The notes beneath the pieces were generated by a model, which worked only from the letters and a program-made list of their open reading frames with translations, was not told the DNA's origin and ran no database searches. Both the position numbers and the translations under genes were made by a program. A DNA stretch of 43,491 nucleotides from Phoronis australis (taxonomy: Eukaryota; Animalia; Phoronida): positions 169,521 to 213,011 of the forward strand of contig NMRA01000208.1 in assembly GCA_002633005.1 (NCBI GenBank). The letters run 5' to 3'. Below, piece by piece: positions 13,301 through 23,647 of the stretch. The first letter of the stretch is position 1; every line of letters begins with the position of its first letter.

Positions 13301-16300
13301 TTCCATAAGAATATTCATCTTGGTAAAATGACAAATTGTCAAAAGAAAAAGGCAACAAGGGGTAAACATTGGAACATACCGTATGAGGAACAAAATTAAG
13401 AATACACATTATTTTTTAATGTCAAATCAGTTCTTTAAGAAATTCAAGAGAGTAAATTGACTTACCAATAAACTTGACCTTCCAAATCCTATGAGGCAGC
13501 ATGAGACAGTCTGGTGTGAAGGCTGCCAGTTTTTGACAGATTTGCCCAAAGACAGACTTGCTTCCATCAGGACCTGCTAGACCACCTTTGCTGCGGGACC
13601 TCTTCACCTGTGACATACACAGGTAGACATTAGGTCAGCCAGTCTACACCAGAAACCGCACAATACGCACTACACACTAACACTCAATGGTAACAACTTA
13701 ATAGTTTGTTGCAAGAATCAACTGGACTAGGTCCCACAAAACCAAGACACTTGCTCGGTATGACATCAAAGAAAATTGTTCAACATAAGTAATGAACTGC
13801 ACGAAAGACTGACGGCATTTCCCATTGCAATTGTACATCCTATGAACTGTGTTTTGATGTTTGAGAATAGATCCAACCACTAAGAATAGTTGGGTCTATT
13901 TATGGGTAAAACTCTTACCTGAATTCTGTTTAGTTCTATAACTGGACCGTGCTGTCGATCCCTGATCATTGTAGCTTGAACAACCTTACGAAAAGCAGCC
14001 TCCTATAAACACATCAAGTTTTAGTACAAAACCTCAGTTTACAACGAGTCCCACGATCATGAACAATACTATCTACAGTCAGAGTCACTGGTTGATGTAA
14101 TTTATTGAAATGTCAGACTCCTTTTGGATGAGTTCTGTAAGTTAATAAAGATAAATTGCACACCCACAGACACTTATCCAGTGAAATACTGAGAGAGGTA
14201 CAGGGCGACGTACCTTAGCTGCTGACACTAGCACTCCTCTAAGTGCATCTGGTCCCATAATATTACCAAGTACTAGCGAGTTGTCCAGGGGGTCTTCCTG
14301 AAGATCAAACATGGGTATGGACGGGCAGAACAGGTCAGAGAAGTGATGTAACAGCACCAGCCTGAAACAGTTAAAAGTGATGTGTGTTGTCGTGGTTAGG
14401 TGTAGACAGGGATGACCCTATACATGATGTAGGGCGCCCGCCCACCTCGGGAATGGTGCATGAGTGTGCCTTGTGAGAGGGGAATTCTTTGGTTAAGGGA
14501 AAATCTGCCCCCCTCAATCACCACAAATTTCACTTCCCGGTCGCCATCCCCCAGAAGAGCCACAAGCAGACAAATCTACCATTTTTATTACTGAAGAAAA
14601 ATTTTTGAGACTGATGAGGGTAATTTTGTATAATTTTAAAATATCTTCCATAGAGTAATGGGACCCCATCAAGGGCCCTACAAAGTGTTGTTTCATGGTA
14701 GGTGTAGATAGGCCCAATGTTATTCCAATGATTGACAAATCAAAATGAGTTTACTCATTTGTGATAAAAAGAATTAAGTTTGTGACAAATTAAGAATAAT
14801 TTTAACTAATATATGTGATACGTAGGCAATAAGATTGAGCAAGAATTCCTCCCTTGTCAAAGGCTGAGTGAGCACAGCATCAGTAGGTAGTAACAGTGTA
14901 TGGACTGGAATCCTGAACCTTGACAGAAGCTTTACAGCAAAATGTCATATTTTATAGGATAAGATGTGCAAAAACCTGATGACGAACACAGATAGATTTT
15001 CAACAATTGACTCACTGGTTTCGAAGTATTACCTACCTGTTCCTCAGCACCCAAATGTTGATACCTTGCAGGTGGTTGTACTCCATAGGAATCTCAAGCG
15101 GTAGTTTGCCAGCATTGACAGGTTTGTTAGTAGACCAAGCCAGACTGTGAGCAGAGCCACATGCCACCAGGTTGATTTTCTTACCTAAAATAGCAATGCA
15201 AGGATACAACCACGGGATAGTGGTGGACACAGTACATGTACAAGCTACTTTGCTTCACTAGTCACTCCTGCCATTGTCCAAAAGGGGGCGCCTTATTTGA
15301 GAGATGACTTATCCTCGAGTTGTCATTTTGACACATTAAAATGCTGAGGCACTAGAGTTACATTTGTCCATCACCAGAAAGTTGGACGTCTTTGCTGTGA
15401 CCATTCACCAAACTGCTATTGTTGTACAGTGGATTCACATAAAAACACTGAAAGTCATTAATGTCTATGACTGAAAGAAATAATGTGCTTCCTTCACTCT
15501 GCCTCATTTTAGCCAACACTAAACTCTTAAACAGAGCTGAGGTTCCACTGGAGGGTCTTTCACCATTTGGTGAAATGGATATATACCAAAAGAATGGGAG
15601 GAAAAATTTTGTTCAGTGTGTTAGTACAAACAAAATCAAATTCCCTTGACATGTTTATAAAACTGCAAATGGCCTCACTGGTTAAATTTTGCCTCTTTTT
15701 ACCTTCCTCTAACAACAATGAATCAAATTGTTTCTACCCATAGTTTTTTACCTAATGATGTCACATAGTGACCCAAATACCAGCCAATGAGCACAGTGAA
15801 TGCTTTAGTTCACAAGTTCACCGGTAGGTTAAAAATGCAAATGGCGGAGTAACACACAAAAAGTAAAAAGACAAATCTTTTGAGGGAATAAGTTCTTTCG
15901 ATGGGCTTGATTTGCCTGCAGTTATATTGGCCATATTATTTCTTAAGATAAATGTGATCACCTAATCGCAATTTCGACGCGTGCGTGTTAATGTTTGACG
16001 TGCAATTCGAGTGTGATGTGTATGGCACTTGATTCTACACTTTCACTGTGCAGACTTCCAACCCTATTTAAGGGTTATATCTCTGACTACCTTACTTTAA
16101 GCACCAGAATAATATGAGATTAGGTCAAACAGAGGTATTTTGAACTCTAACAAGGCTTGAGACTTCGATCACGAATTTTTCCTATTGAAACCTTATTACT
16201 TGGAAATTGTAATTAATGTACCACTCAAAATTTATAAAAATTTGTCCTGGATGAAAATACTTGACACTAATATAATTTTTAGCCACACTAATTTTACATA

Positions 16301-18479
16301 TGGTCAGGAAATAACAAGTTATTCAAATGTTTTGAAAAACTGGTACACTTCTTCATGCCATTAAAATATAGATTTTATGTAAAAATATGTCAGGGACTAT
16401 TTTCTTGAGTAAATCTTAGAAGCAGCTTACCCAGATTCACTGACAAAGAAACAAGTTTCCCGTCACCCAAGCTTATCAGTTGCATAAAACAAACGGTCAC
16501 ATAATACACACAATGACATGTATGGTAATATCACATAACCAAGATCAACACTCTAAAATCATTTGTAGCACAAGAAATCAGGACCAAGGTCCCCAGAAGA
16601 TAGATCCTTAGCACAGGTGAAGAGACAACAATTCACTTAGGGAAGTACTCCACACTGACATAATATTGTATTTCCTAAATTTATTGAACACTATTTTGAG
16701 AAAACCAAAGACTACCTTGCAGAGCTCCAACAAGTCTAGGTCTCTGTATGGCATTTGTTGTTCCATCTCCTAATTGGCCTTCATCATTGTCACCCCAAGT
16801 GAATACTTCACCTGAAGTATAAATAGAGCAGCTCTATCAACAAATGACCTCAATGAGCTATGAGGTAAAAAGTTCAACACCGACATATTTGTTAACAGGG
16901 CAAAACTCCACAACAAAAAAGAAATGCAAGCTACGCATTCACTAATATACAGTCCATTTTAGTACCTTGACACTCAGTGCAGAGCAATAAGAATTTAGTG
17001 CTGGTGAAAGAGCAGGGGCCTCGTTTCATTGAAATGTTGGAATGTTACAACATTTTTAATATCAAAATGGAGACTTTAAGACTGGTTTTGGCATGATACC
17101 ATGTAGCTTTAGTAAAATTTAGCTAAAATGGAAGTTATATCGATAGCAAAAGTACGGTATCAAGAACATGGCCAAATTTTGTTTAGTTTAAAATTAATGC
17201 TCAAGATAAAATCTCAAGTTACAAATTTCTAAAATATAGTTTCCATTTCATGCAACTTATGATTTTTTATGTGAAAATCTTAAGTCATGAAAGAGGAACA
17301 TTTTCATAAAAAAATTACCAACATTTTGGAGAACAACGCATAAAGCACGGCAGCCGAAAGTTTCATATGAACCCAATTAACGATTTCTGATATATCGGTA
17401 TAATATTCCAAGGCTTGCTAAATTTGGCCATTTTCGAGGATGCAACATAACCTTAGCTTAAAGCCTGTACAATGCACTGCAGATGTGAGTGCAACCAACA
17501 CTGAATTTCTCTAGACCACTAGATTTCAACTAAGTATACCTTGGTCAGTACAGGCAACACAGTGTAAAGACCCGCAGGCAATGTTTACAACTTTCTTCCC
17601 CTTCAGTGACATCACAAGCTGAGGTCGTCGCACATGATCATCAGTCCCATGGCCAAGACGGTGATAGTCACCTTTACCCCTGCAAAATAACAATGCAAAA
17701 GATGAACAAGGTGAACACTTGCTATACCGTTACTTCAGTATTGCTGACAGAAAACAAGTCTAATCACAAGACAGTGTGCAGCGATAACAGCGCACTCTAT
17801 AGTCTTTATTGAAACGATACGAGAGCGATAACAATACACTCATCTTTATGGAAATCATCCTGCTTTGCGTGAGATAGTGACATCAAAACTGTCACCAAGA
17901 TGGCTCATACGTTTTGCGAAAAAATTTCACAATCTTTAAAAAAAAAATTCATCCACACTAAGTTGCAGAAAATAGATGAACTTACCATGTGTACACTTGT
18001 CCAGACTTAGTAAGAGCAACTGAGAACTGTGAACCACACTCCACTTTGCATACCCCTTGGCCAATCAAAGTGTCTATTTTCATGGGCACCTTGCAGCCAT
18101 CACTTCCTCCGCGGCCTGAAAATATCACAGGCATATGCAAAAACTCCACTCGGGTCAATTGCAACGTTAATACTGGTGAACACAAGGCGAACCTCCATAC
18201 TTTATATTGAGTTAACCTTTTACGCTTTTTGAAGTTTTTGAAAATCATGACAAAACATCAAGCTACTCACTTTCACATATGAAAGCAGTTTCTGTTTACA
18301 TCATTGAATACTTGATAAACAATAATTAAAATGCTTAACGACTCATATAACTCACCCAACTTTCCATAATCACCATCACCCCATGACCATACACCGTCAT
18401 CATCTGTTATACACAAAGTCTGAGCATCTCCACTGCCACAAGCCACATCAATCACTCGGAATCCTCGCAACGCTTCCAC
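10037..18479 (-). CDS. HERC2: HERC2 E3 ubiquitin ligase, 3' part (14 coding exons, 719 aa: RLD3 RCC1 repeats + HECT); 5' part not in window
   Basis: Exons joined at GT-AG sites with consistent phases total 2160 nt and read [23 protein letters not shown]...[23 protein letters not shown]...[20 protein letters not shown]...[12 protein letters not shown], recognised as the HERC2 C-terminus. Confidence 0.96.
10645..10857 (-). CDS. HERC2: HERC2 exon (HECT)
   Basis: TAG|[20 protein letters not shown]...[27 protein letters not shown]|GTT. Confidence 0.94.
11408..11513 (-). CDS. HERC2: HERC2 exon (HECT)
   Basis: CAG|[35 protein letters not shown]|GTAG; different frame from the listed ORF 11404..11697. 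Confidence 0.93.
11732..11894 (-). CDS. HERC2: HERC2 exon (HECT)
   Basis: TAG|GLMCIKD...[33 protein letters not shown]|GTG. Confidence 0.93.
12505..12639 (-). CDS. HERC2: HERC2 exon (HECT)
   Basis: CAG|[28 protein letters not shown]...EVDKTFVPG|GTTAG. Confidence 0.93.
12945..13139 (-). CDS. HERC2: HERC2 exon (HECT)
   Basis: TAG|[25 protein letters not shown]...NMFKFLG|GTAAG. Confidence 0.94.
13466..13607 (-). CDS. HERC2: HERC2 exon (start of HECT region)
   Basis: CAG|[22 protein letters not shown]...[12 protein letters not shown]|GTAAG. Confidence 0.93.
13919..14002 (-). CDS. HERC2: HERC2 exon
   Basis: TAG|[28 protein letters not shown]|GTAAG; read by hand. Confidence 0.92.
14214..14361 (-). 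CDS. HERC2: HERC2 exon
   Basis: CAG|[20 protein letters not shown]...[12 protein letters not shown]|GTA. Confidence 0.92.
15037..15184 (-). CDS. HERC2: HERC2 exon
   Basis: TAG|[50 protein letters not shown]|GTAG. Confidence 0.92.
16716..16811 (-). CDS. HERC2: HERC2 exon (RCC1 repeat)
   Basis: CAG|[33 protein letters not shown]|GTAG; read by hand. Confidence 0.92.
17540..17679 (-). CDS. HERC2: HERC2 exon (RCC1 repeat)
   Basis: CAG|[47 protein letters not shown]|GTA; read by hand, not in ORF track. Confidence 0.92.
17986..18115 (-). CDS. HERC2: HERC2 exon (RCC1 repeat)
   Basis: CAG|[44 protein letters not shown]|GTAAG. Confidence 0.93.
18356..18479 (-). CDS. HERC2: HERC2 exon (RCC1 repeat)
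   Basis: CAG|[42 protein letters not shown]|GTGAG. Confidence 0.93.
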
Positions 18480-18514
18480 CTGTTGGAAAATAACAGAACT
18501 AAGAACAAACAATT

Positions 18515-19498
18515 TCTCAGTCCGTCGCCGGGCGGAACAACCGGTGCAAAAACCTCAAATCGGTCCTCCGCCAACCCGGGAACATACCTGCGCTCCCCGT
18601 CTTCCACGGACCAGTACGAAGGTAGCGCTCCAGCGCCGATAGTCATATCTGTACCTAGGCAATCGAATACATACACACTCAGGGACACGACTGCCAATGC
18701 GAGGACCGCGACGATAAGCCCGTAGAAGAGAGGAATCGGGGCAGACCATCACATGAAGACCTGGCGTACGATGTGCTTCACATACAGTGCTATACATTCA
18801 GGGTTAGTCACTGCAGTGGGGACCTAAACGATTGGCACACAACCAAGTCGCCAGACCACCAACTAAAGACCTGGCGCATTGAAAATCTATTTCGCCGCCC
18901 AAGCTGTACCTTACAGAAACCGACACAAACGGCAAATAAACGACCCAATTCAGGGAACTTTGAAACTTTTCCAACGTAACGTTTCTGAAAGGGAGACAAA
19001 TGGCCAATAATCGACACATTTTCACGCATACGCAGGGACAGACCTGCAGGGGGGCTGCAACGCTCCGGTCTCGGCCAGCGGAGAACCCGCAGACCGACTT
19101 GACAGCGTGGACCGCCGTGTGGGGACTTTTCACAGATAGCCGGGACACGACCGATCCCGGTCCAACACTCGACCCCGCTACGTTTGCTTACATTTGTTAT
19201 GTTTTAAAATCTCCTTTGATAAAGCGACACAAATGGCCAGTAAACGACACATTTCTTGGGACTTGGAGAAAAATTTTTAACGCAACGTTTCTGAAACCGA
19301 AACAAATGGCAAAGAATCAAAACATTTTTGGAGAATTGGAAAATTTTCAATGCAAAGATTCTCAAACCGACACAAATGGCCAATAATCACTTTACCCAAT
19401 ATCGCGCCATATATCATCCCAGTGACCTTGAAAATGTTGATGACACCAAAATCAACTAGTTCCTAAGTTGCCCGACATATACCTCACCACAATATATT
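18515..19498. mobile_element. Probable opposite terminus of a U6-inserted element
   Basis: Starts exactly at the U6 break; GC/CpG-rich; five ~70-73 bp subterminal units with core gacacaaatggccaataa (18922, 18993, 19226, 19299, 19369); left boundary approximate. Confidence 0.55.
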
Positions 19499-19562
19499 AG
19501 GGGCCACGCTAATCTTAACTGTATCGTTCCAATTTTATTATGTATACTGCCGTAGCAAGAAC
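19499..19562 (-). pseudogene. RNU6: U6 snRNA 5' half, truncated after GGCCCCT
   Basis: GTTCTTGCTACGGCAGTATACATAATAAAATTGGAACGATACAGTTAAGATTAGCGTGGCCCCT, then unrelated AATATATTGTGG. Confidence 0.9.
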
Positions 19563-19803
19563 AATGAACTCCTTAAAGTTTCACATGTCTAAACTATCCA
19601 ATAAGCTACCGACCAACACAAGAACTTTTGAGCTGAATTCCGATGTTTCTACTATAAATTAAACTTATTTTGTCTGAAACAGCGCCACCTACCGGTAATC
19701 ATAGGAACTAAAACGAATATAACTTATCGTGAGACGAGTAATGTTTCAACTACTCACACCCCATTGACCTTAAAGTGTCGCTGGGTGGAAACTGATCAGT
19801 ACA

Positions 19804-20062
19804 ACCATACTATTGAGTGTATTGTGAATCAGACAGCTGTGGAAAATGCAGGGAGCATGGTACTCCCTTAATGTCGAATCTGTTTCTTTAACGATTTAAT
19901 TTGAACTGCTCTGAAAATAGCGTTGTTCCTTGTGTCAGAAACTTCAGAAAGAGTGTTTCTGTCGAGGATGTCAAATTGAATGAGAAGGAAGATAGCACAG
20001 GAGTGTTGTTAATCAGCAATGATAAATGAATAAAGTGTAGGGGCTAAACAAGAGTATCGTAC
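19804..20062. repeat. U6 downstream spacer, duplicated at 23215-23460
   Basis: accatactat...gtggaaaa.gcagggagcatggtact...gggctaaacaagagtatcgtac is present at both places. Confidence 0.85.
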
Positions 20063-20132
20063 TGTGTTGGGTGTTATAATTCAGCTAGTGTATGGTTCAA
20101 AGATATGAACGAAGTAGCCAAATTTGAAATTT

Positions 20133-22590
20133 GACAGCGACGGGAAATGACGTACTTTTGTATTAATTATGATTGGCTAACAAACTTAAGACAACTGCAG
20201 TTGGGAAATTCGAGAACCAATCAACATCCGTCGATTAGGGAAAATTCCCTTAGAGCTTCGGCTAACGTTAACGTGTCGAGCTCTAAGCAAAACAAAAAAG
20301 CAAAATGGAAGTTAACAACAAGGCGTCTCTGGTTCATCAATCAGTGAGTAACTGAACATAATGTGAAGAACAAACATTGCAGAGCGATTGGAAATTGAAT
20401 GTAAAACATTCCCGCATGCATCATGTTAAAGAGGACCCAAGCTGCCGACTCGTACACGCCACCAGCCCAACAGGTGGCCAACGGAGGGGACCCGGCCAAC
20501 GAGCGACTTGTGCTAGCTTCCACCATAGCACAGTTCGGCAGATATAGAGGCAGAAGCTTCTATTGGATCCTTGCCAACGACATGGTGTGGACCATAAGTC
20601 AAGTCGGCAGTGTGAGTTGTGACGATGCATGTTATGAAAATAAGAATAACTAAATTCAAATTCATGGGAAACATATCATGTTACTTGTTACCTACCATCT
20701 AAAGTTCACCATCACAAAACCTTGAAAACTCGCTGAATTTTATGTTAACTTTAAGTTAAGAGATACAGGAGCAAGATGCTTTAGAAAAGTAATATATCAC
20801 CGCTCGACATATACTGCCAAATGGAAATTGAGATTGCCAAAAAGATTAAGCGGGAATTTAACCTAGCCCAGTAAGTGCGACCGTGCTGTAAGCGTAAAAT
20901 GTCGCAAGGCGATGAAGCCAAGGCCACTTGTTTCAAAAGGCGTGAAATCTCCAATTTGACTAAAGAACAACTTCATTAATGGCATCAATCAAAAGTTCGT
21001 TTTTGAGATGGAAGGCAGATTAATGGCTGCATTAAGTGGTAGTGAAATACTTGAACATACTGTGTAATCGTCCACAGGTAGAAGCAGGTGTCAACAGTGT
21101 TAAAAGGAGCTTCGCCTATGGTGAAGCCGCTTCTTCTCCGGGGGTCTCTAGACTCGTGTCCGCACTGGTGGAGCAACTTTGCCCGCGGCGCCTAGTTTCC
21201 GTCAGAGTCGGGGGATCCGTCTTTGGACGTTACACCCTAGTGCTACGAGACTACAACAACATCAAGCGAGTCGCCGAGTCGAACGTCATCAAGTTCGGCA
21301 CTGGACGGCAACTGCCCAATCTCACAGCCAAGACCATCTCTCTTTGGTGAGTACAGATCTGCAAAGGCTGTAGTAAAAACCAGGTTTCAGAAACTCGTAC
21401 CGTCTGGCTCATGCCAGTAGGTAATTAATGCTCAAGTTGTATTCACAAACTGCAAGATTTTCCAAGGACACACTCGAAAAACCTCGTTTCTCCTCCAGGC
21501 ACTCGAAGCAAATGAAAGAGGCCGAGGTTCACACCCTGACTCAGGGCACAGTCTTGCCACCCAGACTGCAACATCCCATTCGAGCCTCCGGTAGTGCAGA
21601 GTTCATATTCAAGAACAAAAACGGCAGATTGCGACAGTTGCTACCGAGCACTCCTACATTCGTCTGGAGGACACCAAAGGCAAGGGCAAACGAAAAAAAA
21701 CGCCGTGGAGCTGAACACTCAGGTGACCAAACGGCGCCCAGAATTGTGACTACGAGTATTTTTCTCCACTTAGTTCGTTTTCAATGACGCGACTTTAATT
21801 TACCCATAAACAACACACTGATTCTCGTTATTTTCCACGTTTCCAGCAGCGCGCCCATCTTGCCCGATGTCTCCCTCTCTGGAGTGCAATTAACACCATT
21901 ACAACTTCCACTCCACGCGACGCATCCAGGCTCGCTTTTACAGCAGCACCATCATTTGGTGGGGTCGTCGCGTGCCACTCAGTACTACCAACGTGCTAAG
22001 CTGGTGGAGTGCGAGACCAAAGGGGTCGAGTACCCCCAGCGCAAGAGGAGTTCCACATACAACTGTTCTAAGTGCCACTTCCCGCTCCTGGCAGCGACGG
22101 GCCATCTGAAGCACAGGAAAGCAGGCGTCTACTGCCCCTACACCGACAACGTGGAGCGGAAGAAGCAACTCCTGGCGGCGCTCAACAAAAAATAACGGCT
22201 AAGATGAACCATTTTATACTTTTATTTTTCTCATTTTACATCTCACAATGTAGTAAGAAAAGCAGCTGCGTAATTGCTCAGGGAATTTGGGTAATTGCTC
22301 AATGACATAATTTTACCACTTAGTATTATAGGAATTTAGTATTATAGTTTCGTTCAATACGTTATTTTATCTTAGCCACAAGTGCCCATGTCGCTTAACC
22401 TTGCCGAATAACCAGTATTTTTTTCGGGAATTTATTATTTTATTTATATTTAATTTTCACTTAATGTGTATTCGGCAGTGTAAAGTGATATGCCTGCTTC
22501 GAGACTTGGTAGTAGAGCTAAGAAATTTCAACTCTCTTATTTGTTAAGTTTCTGCTCCTGCCAAGCCACACCTACCAGACTTTGCCAGAC
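20133..22590 (+). mobile_element. Internally deleted Dada element, copy 1
   Basis: Direct duplicate of 23691-26037 (starts gacagcgacgggaaatgacg); ORFs 20423, 21036, 21428, 21860 match exons of the full copy; 3' tail also matches 33780-33960. Confidence 0.82.
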
Positions 22591-22889
22591 TGGACCAACG
22601 AGAACGGACAACCCTTTATAGATTAAGAATTTATAGATTAAGAACTTGATAAAGTTGTGTTGGTCACTTGTTTGGGTCACCTCACCAAGCAAGTGCTTAG
22701 GAAAAAAACAAAAAAAGTTACACAATATTTAGATTTCTGAGGTGGGTCAGCGGTTTGTCTTAATTTAGATTTTTATAAAGCTGAACTTGATTAGAGTTGT
22801 GAACTTTGGTACTAAATTCCAATTAATTTAATAATCAAGAGTTCAGCAAAAATATGTTCAGTTTAAGCACGCCCAAAACCTCATACCCA

Positions 22890-22966
22890 GGGTCATGGTG
22901 TTTGTAGTGGTAGCATCCGCTGCGTCTAGTACGGAGTGAGGCTCAGGTTCGAATCCTGATGACCCC
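22890..22966 (+). pseudogene. tRNA-like sequence (tRNA pseudogene or SINE head)
   Basis: GGGTCA/TGACCC acceptor-like pairing, A-box-like TGTAGTGGTAG, T arm TCAGG-TTCGAAT-CCTGA; D and anticodon arms irregular. Confidence 0.5.
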
Positions 22967-23604
22967 TTATTCTTGGTGCTGCTTTCACTTTTCAGTTCAA
23001 CCATATTATTGCCTATTTTCGTGTATTGGTACTCTATTCAAATAAAATCCCTTCATTGAAAAGCGCATCTCTCCGAGTTAACGCATTTTGTTCAATCTAG
23101 TTGAGTTTTTGGAGGTTTCTAACCATGGTGAACAATAGACAGCAGGTACAAGCAAAGAACAAGAGTTTTCAACAAGCTCACTAAACTTTCATTTAATAAC
23201 CATCGCGAAAGTTCACCATACTATCAAGTGTATTGAGAATCAGACACCTGTGGAAAACGCAGGGAGCATGGTACTTCCTTAATGTCTAATCACTTCTCCA
23301 ACAATTTAATTTGAACTGCTCTGCAGTGTTGTTCCTTGTGTCAAAACATCAGAAAGAGTGTTTCTGTCTAGGATGTCAAATTGAATGAGAAAGAAGATAG
23401 CACAGAAATGTTGTTTAACAGCAATGAATAAAGCGTAGGGGCTAAACAAGAGTATCGTACAATAATGAAACGGAAAATGCGCTGACAGTTGATAGCCGCT
23501 GTTAAAACCTAACAAAGTCGTTCTGTGGGTGTTGGCCAGAAAGTGAAAACGATATTCAGAAATCATGCCCTTGAAGAGAAGAGTGCTTACGGTGAACGCC
23601 ATAG

Positions 23605-23647
23605 AAAAAATATGGAACGCTTCACGAATTTGCACGTCATCCTTGCG
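23605..23647 (-). pseudogene. RNU6: U6 snRNA 3' half, abutting a Dada terminus
   Basis: CGCAAGGATGACGTGCAAATTCGTGAAGCGTTCCATATTTTTT, preceded by non-U6 sequence. Confidence 0.92.

Noticed and set aside
12519-20526. Antisense ORFs overlapping HERC2 and Dada exons (e.g. 12519, 17606, 17989, 20341)
   Set aside because: Shadow frames of coding sequence on the opposite strand
23306-23635. ORFs 23306..23635 and 41998..42312 sharing QIREAFHIF
   Set aside because: The shared peptide is just translated U6 sequence
19499-23647. A single U6 gene split by one insertion or by an intron
   Set aside because: The halves are in reversed order for one minus-strand gene, and the junctions are not GT-AG
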